Of a stretch of DNA of 32,285 nt, positions 27,439 through 32,285 are shown one piece after another (position 1 is the first letter of the stretch; the number at the start of each line of letters is the position of its first letter). Position numbers and translations under genes: made by a program. Below the pieces are notes generated by a model. It was not told the origin of the DNA and ran no database searches. It was given only the letters and a program-made list of their open reading frames with translations. This stretch comes from a virus (lineage: Duplodnaviria > Heunggongvirae > Uroviricota > Caudoviricetes): the IMG/VR virus record IMGVR_UViG_2728369188_000005. One strand, written 5' to 3'.

Positions 27439-29846
27439 ATGGCAGCAGTAAAAATCTCAGGTGTGCTGAAAGATGGTGCGGGAAAACCAATACAGAACTG
27501 CACTATTCAACTGAAGGCAAAGCGTAACAGCACCACGGTACTGGTGAACACGGTGGCCTCTGAAAATCCTGATGAAGCCGGGCGTTACAGCATGGATGTT
27601 GAGTATGGCCAGTACAGCGTCACCCTGCTGGTTGAAGGTTNNNNNNNNNNNNNNNNNNNNNNNNNNNNNNNNNNNNNNNNNNNNNNNNNNNNNNNNNNNN
27701 NNNNNNNNNTTCCAGACCAGGTACGCTGAATGATTTTCTCGGTGCCATGACGGAGGATGATGTCCGACCGGAGGCACTGCGCCGCTTTGAGCAGATGGTG
27801 GAAGAAGCGGCACGCAACGCTGAAGCCGCCTCTCAGAGCGCAGCGGCGGCAAAGAAATCCGAAACTGCAGCGGCATCATCGAAGAACGCGGCGAAAACCT
27901 CAGAAACGAATGCAGCTAATAGTGCACAGGCGGCAGCGACCTCAAAGACTGCATCGGCAAACTCCGCGACAGCAGCCAAAAAATCAGAAACCAACGCGAA
28001 AAATAGCGAGACAGCCGCAAAGACGAGCGAAACCAACGCAAAGTCCAGCCAGACGGCAGCGAAAACCAGCGAAACGAATGCCAAAGCCAGTGAAACTGCG
28101 GCAAAAAACAGCCAGGTTGCAGCAGCCCAAAGCGAGAGCGCGGCAGCCGGTTCTGCGACTTCAGCAGCTGGATCAGCAACTGCTGCAGCTAACAGCCAGA
28201 AAGCAGCGAAGACGAGCGAAACTAACGCAAAGTCCAGCCAGACGGCAGCGAAGACCAGCGAAACGAATGCCAAAGCCAGCGAAACTGCGGCGAAAAACAG
28301 CCAGGTTGCAGCAGCCCAAAGCGAGAGCGCGGCAGTTGGTTCTGCAAGCGCGGCGGCTGCTTCTGCCACTGCATCAGCCAACAGTCAAAAAGCGGCAAAA
28401 ACCAGTGAAACCAATGCAAAGACAAGCGAGACTGCAGCGGCCAACTCGGCGAAAGCATCCGCTGCAAACCAGACCGCTGCAAAAGCAAGTGAAGACGCAG
28501 CCAGAGAGTATGCAAGCCAGGCAGCAGATCCGTATAAATATGTCTTACAGCCGCTGCCTGATGTGTGGATACCGTTTAACGATTCACTGGATATGATTAC
28601 GGGCTTTTCGCCATCATATAAAAAGATTGTTATTGGTGACGACGAAATAACGATGCCTGGCGACAAGATTGTTAAGTTTAAACGTGCATCGAAAGCAACC
28701 TATATTAACAAATCTGGTGTGCTGACAGAGGCTGCCATTGATGAGCCACGATTTGAACGTGATGGCCTGCTTATTGAGGGGCAAAGAACTAATCTTCTGC
28801 TTAATTCAACAAATCCATCTAAATGGAATAAGTCAGGCAATCTGGAACTCACAGAAATATCCACGGATTCTTTTAATTTTACTTATGGGAGATTTACTGT
28901 AAAAGATACTCTTATTGGTCAGACAAGTGCTATTAATATCGTAACGGTTTCTGGCAGTAAAGGGTTTGATGTCACAGGTGATGAAAAATATGTGACCATT
29001 TCATGCCGTGTAAGAAGTGATGTTGAAAATGTAAGGTGTCGTTTAAGATTTGAACACCATGATGGTTATACTTACACTTTTTTGGGAGATGCTTACCTCA
29101 ATTTATCAACACTTGTAATTGATAAAGCTGGTACTGCTGCAGACCGTATTATTGCAAAGGCTGTAAAAGATGAGGTTACTGGTTGGATTTTCTATCAGGC
29201 TACAATTAATGCACTAGATACAGAGAGCATGATTGGTGCGATGGTTCAATACGCTCCTGTAAAAGGTTCAGGCACAGCATCTGGAGACTATCTGGATATC
29301 GCAACTCCACAAGTGGAAGGTGGATCAAGTGCTTCGTCATTTATTGTAACTGATATAACTGCAAGCACTCGCGCAAGCGATATGGTGACAGTCCCAATCA
29401 AGAATAACCTTTATAATCTTCCTTTTACGGTTCTTTGTGAGGTACATAAGAACTGGTATAAAACGCCAAATGCAGCACCGCGTGTTTTTGATACCGGCGG
29501 TCATCAAACCGGAGCGGCTATTATTCTTGGCTTCGGTCGTTCAACAGATTACGACGGATTTCCTTATTGTGATATAGGTTTGGCTAACAGACGGGTAAAC
29601 GAAAACGCATCGCTTGAAAAAATGGTTATGGGGATGCGTGTAAAGTCAGATCAGTCTACGTGCTCAGTAAGTAACGGGCGTATATCCAGCGAAAAGAAAG
29701 CCACATGGTCCTATATTCAGAACTCCGCAATTATCCGTATTGGAGGCCAGACTACAGCCGGGTTACGTCATTTATTTGGTCATGTCAGGAATTTCAGAAT
29801 ATGGCACAAGGCATTGACTGATGCTCAGATGGGGGAGTCAATCTAA
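27439..29846 (+). CDS. stf: Side tail fibre protein Stf, interrupted by the N gap at 27641-27709
   Basis: N-terminus MAAVKISGVLKDGAGKPIQNCTIQLKAKRNSTTVLVNTVASENPDEAGRYSMDVEYGQYSVTLLVEG matches lambda Stf. After the gap the frame continues ...PGTLNDFLGAMTEDDVRPEALRRFEQMVEE..., then an Ala/Ser/Thr-rich repeat shaft and a ~430-aa C-terminal domain. True length and frame continuity across the gap are unknown. Confidence 0.85.
27641..27709. other. Assembly gap (69 N) inside stf
   Basis: Run of n. Confidence 0.95.
28018..28395 (+). repeat. Tandem duplication of a 189-bp (63-aa) unit within the stf shaft
   Basis: GACGAGCGAAAC...AGCCAGACGGCAGCG recurs with period 189 nt (28022 and 28211); protein unit AKTSETNAKSSQTAAKTSETNAKASETAAKNSQVAAAQSESAA... 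occurs twice. Confidence 0.7.
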
Positions 29847-30074
29847 TGAAAGATTTAACACTCAAATTTGCAGACAGGGCCGACTTTTCGGCCTTTATGG
29901 ATAGCATTGGCTATTATGATGACGAGTCGATGCAGGATGATATTCTTATTGACGTGATAGGTAATGTGTACAAAGAAACCGGAGAACTGACTGAAGATGG
30001 CGAACCGGTATGTGTTAAGGAAGACGGATATTTTGTAAACGTGCGCATCATTAATGATTCGCAAATATCGTCAT
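29846..30074 (+). CDS. Hypothetical protein, 3-prime end lost in the N gap (N-terminal 76 aa visible)
   Basis: ATG 29846 overlaps the stf stop (TAATG), with GGGGGAG 8 nt upstream. MKDLTLKFADRADFSAFMDSIGYYDDESMQDDILIDVIGNVYKETGELTEDGEPVCVKEDGYFVNVRIINDSQISS; acidic and soluble; not recognised. Confidence 0.5.
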
Positions 30075-30172
30075 NNNNNNNNNNNNNNNNNNNNNNNNNN
30101 NNNNNNNNNNNNNNNNNNNNNNNNNNNNNNNNNNNNNNNNNNNNNNNNNNNNNNNNNNNNNNNNNNNNNNNN
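30075..30172. other. Assembly gap (98 N)
   Basis: Run of n. Confidence 0.95.
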
Positions 30173-30833
30173 GGGAGATGTCAGTAAGGCAAAGGAAGAT
30201 ATTTCCTCAATTAACGTAAAAGTATCAACGCTTCAGACTGATATGGACAGTGCAAAGCAGGATATCAGTACCAGATACACAAAAACAGAAGTGGATAATA
30301 AGCTGAAAAACAAAGTGGAAGTGAACGATCTGGAAAGTGGTCGTTATGGCGGAGATTTTTACCCGCTGACTGGCCGTGAAGCGTTTTATTTATGGGGATT
30401 GGGCACAACTACAGCGGCGGCAAATCTTTATCTTAATCCTGACCCCGCAATTTCGTCTGTGCTGCGGTCAACATCGTCTATCCGCTATAAACATTCAGTA
30501 GAGACGATAGATTCAGAGCACGCCGATCTCATTTTCAGGATGCGCCCTGTGTGGTACAGGTCGCAATGCGAAAATGACAGGCGTGACTGGGGATTCTATG
30601 GATTGATTGCCGAGGAAGTAGGAGAAATTGCCCCTCAGTTTGTTCACTGGCGACCAGCTAACGAGAATGATGCTCCTGAAGCTATTTCCAGCAATGGCCT
30701 TGTTGCCGAAGGTGTAATGTACGAACGTCTGGTTGTTCCACTGATTCACCATATCCAGAAACTGACTGAAAGAGTTGATGAACTTGAGTCAGAATTAAAG
30801 TTGTTATCAACTTCCCGAAGCGATATCGGATAA
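30173..30833 (+). CDS. C-terminal part of a tail fibre/tailspike with a peptidase-S74-type intramolecular chaperone domain (5-prime end in gap)
   Basis: Coiled-coil stretch (DISSINVKVSTLQTDMDSAKQDISTRYTKTEVDNKLKNKVEVNDLE), then SSIRYKHSVETIDSEHADLIF...DWGFYGLIAEEVGEIAPQFV...NGLVAEGVMYERLVVPLIHHIQKLTERVDELESELKLL. From memory this is the hallmark of the self-cleaving C-terminal chaperone of phage fibres (endosialidase, T5 L-fibre type). Confidence 0.6.
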
Positions 30834-30843
30834 AGGAGGAGTA

Positions 30844-31137
30844 ATGGATATAACACCTTTCCTTCATGCACTTTGTGCTGTGGCTGCGCAGGTACTGGTT
30901 GGTCTTTTTACCGGAAACTGGGCTTACGGGGCGATAGCCGGTTGTACGTTCTTCATTGCTCGTGAACATACCCAGGCAGAATATCGCTGGATTGAAATGT
31001 TCGGGCATGGCAAGCGAATGAATATGCCGTGGTGGGGCGGTTTTGATCCGCGCGCGTGGGATGTAGCAAGTCTGATGGATTTTGCTGTGCCGGTGGTGGC
31101 GTGTCTGCTGGTCTGGCTGTTGGTTAATCGTGGGTGA
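30844..31137 (+). CDS. Small predicted membrane protein, 97 aa, function unknown
   Basis: Perfect AGGAGG Shine-Dalgarno 4 nt upstream of ATG 30844. Two or three hydrophobic segments (FLHALCAVAAQVLVGLF, AYGAIAGCTFFIA, FAVPVVACLLVWLLV). Confidence 0.6.
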   Translation: MDITPFLHALCAVAAQVLVGLFTGNWAYGAIAGCTFFIAREHTQAEYRWIEMFGHGKRMNMPWWGGFDPRAWDVASLMDFAVPVVACLLVWLLVNRG

Positions 31138-31147
31138 AAAAAGGTGA

Positions 31148-31276
31148 GCTGTATATGCAACGGAGGAAGAAACCTCGTTGCTGGAAGCCTGGAAGAAGTA
31201 TCGGGTGTTGCTGAACCGTGTTGATACATCAACTGCACCTGATATTGAGTGGCCTACGAACCCTGTCAGGGAGTAA
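31148..31276 (+). pseudogene. tfa: Remnant 3-prime end of a tail fibre assembly gene (tfa), no start codon
   Basis: Reads ...[39 protein letters not shown] stop, the conserved Tfa C-terminus. It is preceded in frame by a stop at 31145-31147 and has no upstream Tfa N-terminal domain. Confidence 0.6.
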
Positions 31277-31416
31277 TCATTGGGATTATGCCGCAGCACG
31301 TCTTAAGCAAGAACGTGCTGCGGTTGGATGCTATTTTTTCCCTGAAGCGGAAAACATTACTACAGTACCTTGAACCTTGGTTTTAACATTCTCGAAATGC
31401 TCTGAGAGTATATGTG

Positions 31417-31950
31417 TTAAGCCTTCTTCGGAATCTTTTGTGNNNNNNNNNNNNNNNNNNNNNNNNNNNNNNNNNNNNNNNNNNNNNNNNNNNNNNNNNN
31501 NNNNNNNNNNNNNNNNNNNNNNNNNNNNNNNNNNNNNNNNNNNNNNNNNNNNNNNNNNNNNNNNNNNNNNNNNNNNNNNNNNNNNNNNNNNNNNNNNNNN
31601 NNNNNNNNNNNNNNNNNNNNNNNNNNNNNNNNNNNTTCAAAAACATCATGGCTAATTTTATGTTTAATTTTTGATTCCCCAGCCCTTGTAGATGCCGCGT
31701 TCAGGCTAGCTTCGTTCAAATCCATTAAAGATATCAGACTACTCTCAGGTACGTGAGTAAGATAAAACCCAGTTCCAACACCAATATCCAGATGGTTGTT
31801 ACCTAAATGTTCCAGAAAGTGTGGAAGAAGGTGTTCCTTTGTAGGACATCCCCATGCAAGCCGATTTGATACTCCCAAAACCCACCAGTCATAAAGCTTT
31901 AGGGTAAGTGGTGTGTAAATTTTAGCCCCATCATCTGTGTTTTTTTTCAT
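31417..31950 (-). CDS. Class I SAM-dependent methyltransferase-like protein (minus strand), interrupted by the N gap at 31443-31635
   Basis: Minus-strand ORF whose N-terminal 105 aa (MKKNTDDGAKIYTPLTLKLYDWWVLGVSNRLAWGCPTKEHLLPHFLEHLGNNHLDIGVGTGFYLTHVPESS...) contains a Rossmann motif-I-like LDIGVGTGF. GGTGA Shine-Dalgarno precedes ATG 31950 (alternative ATG 31962). The C-terminal 8 codons after the gap end at the stop at 31417-31419; frame across the gap is unverifiable. Confidence 0.45.
   Translation of the reverse strand: MKKNTDDGAKIYTPLTLKLYDWWVLGVSNRLAWGCPTKEHLLPHFLEHLGNNHLDIGVGTGFYLTHVPESSLISLMDLNEASLNAASTRAGESKIKHKISHDVFEXXXXXXXXXXXXXXXXXXXXXXXXXXXXXXXXXXXXXXXXXXXXXXXXXXXXXXXXXXXXXXXXXQKIPKKA
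31443..31635. other. Assembly gap (193 N)
   Basis: Run of n. Confidence 0.95.
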
Positions 31951-32018
31951 TGATTTCACCATGTTATAGTTTTATTTGTGAATTAAATCAATTATGGCGA
32001 TGAATTACAAGGGGTTAA

Positions 32019-32285
32019 ATGCTGCCGCAGCATAGCGATATTGAAATAGCCTGGTATGCTTCGATACAGCAGGAGCCGAATGGCTGGAAGACCGTCACCA
32101 CACAGTTCTACATCCAGGAATTCAGTGAGTATATTGCGCCACTGCAGGATGCTGTAGATCTGGAAATCGCAACGGAGGAAGAAAGATCGTTGCTGGAGGC
32201 ATGGAATAAATATCGGGTGTTGTTGAATCGTGTTGATACATCAACTGCACCTGATATTGAGTGGCCGACTTCACCTGCAGAGTAA
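32019..32285 (+). CDS. tfa: Tail fibre assembly protein Tfa-like, short form (C-terminal domain only), 88 aa
   Basis: ...[50 protein letters not shown] matches the conserved lambda/e14 Tfa C-terminus. AAGGGG Shine-Dalgarno before ATG 32019; stop coincides with the window end. Confidence 0.7.
   Translation: MLPQHSDIEIAWYASIQQEPNGWKTVTTQFYIQEFSEYIAPLQDAVDLEIATEEERSLLEAWNKYRVLLNRVDTSTAPDIEWPTSPAE

Noticed and set aside
27757-28596. 279-aa plus-strand ORF in an alternative frame of stf, and minus-strand ORFs 27833-28381 and 28222-28515
   Set aside because: These arise because the 189-bp tandem repeat in the stf shaft is open in several frames; they translate to low-complexity Arg/Gln/Lys or Ala/Phe strings. 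The stf frame has the lambda Stf N-terminus and a globular C-terminal domain.
30844-31137. Lipoprotein assignment for the small membrane protein (IAGC resembles a lipobox)
   Set aside because: The putative lipobox cysteine is at residue 34 and the N-terminus (MDITPF) has no positively charged n-region, so a Sec/Lol lipoprotein signal peptide is unlikely; called a polytopic small membrane protein instead.
31377-31674. ORFs of 86-92 aa composed largely of X residues
   Set aside because: Artefacts of translating the 193-N gap.
31148-32285. Invertible tail-fibre segment (Gin/Pin/Cin-type shufflon)
   Set aside because: The two tfa 3-prime repeats are in direct, not inverted, orientation and no serine-invertase gene is visible in the window. 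The region is interpreted as recombinational capture of a cargo gene instead.
1-32285. CRISPR arrays, tRNA or rRNA genes
   Set aside because: No regularly spaced short direct repeats with unique spacers and no cloverleaf-like or rRNA-like sequence was seen by eye. The only tandem repeats are inside the stf and C/Nu3 coding regions, and the large duplicated block is the J-lom module. A tRNA scan would be needed to exclude tRNAs fully.

Overview
This window is the late region of a lambda-like prophage of an enterobacterial host (E. coli/Shigella type), almost entirely on the plus strand. All calls rest on reading the supplied translations against remembered lambda, phage 21 and Stx-phage proteins; no database search was run. 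Order: a NanS-p-type sialate O-acetylesterase (1-1857); a phage-21-type lysis cassette (pinholin S, an unknown 114-aa ORF, SAR endolysin R, Rz with embedded Rz1); a lambda-type cos site; then a complete lambda-order head and tail module Nu1-A-W-B-C/Nu3-D-E-FI-FII-Z-U-V-G/T-H-M-L-K-I-J-lom-stf. Downstream of stf is an accessory tail-fibre region: a second fibre with a C-terminal intramolecular-chaperone domain, a small membrane protein, two direct-repeat tfa 3-prime ends, and a minus-strand methyltransferase-like gene. The sequence is a scaffold: four N runs (24381-24390, 27641-27709, 30075-30172, 31443-31635) interrupt it, and a second, 5-prime-truncated and diverged J-lom copy follows the first across the first gap. 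The most interesting unexplained signals are a 342-bp hairpin-rich spacer between I and J (candidate small-RNA locus), a 300-bp insertion between R and Rz carrying a 32-codon hydrophobic ORF, and the cargo genes after stf. No CRISPR array, tRNA or rRNA was seen.
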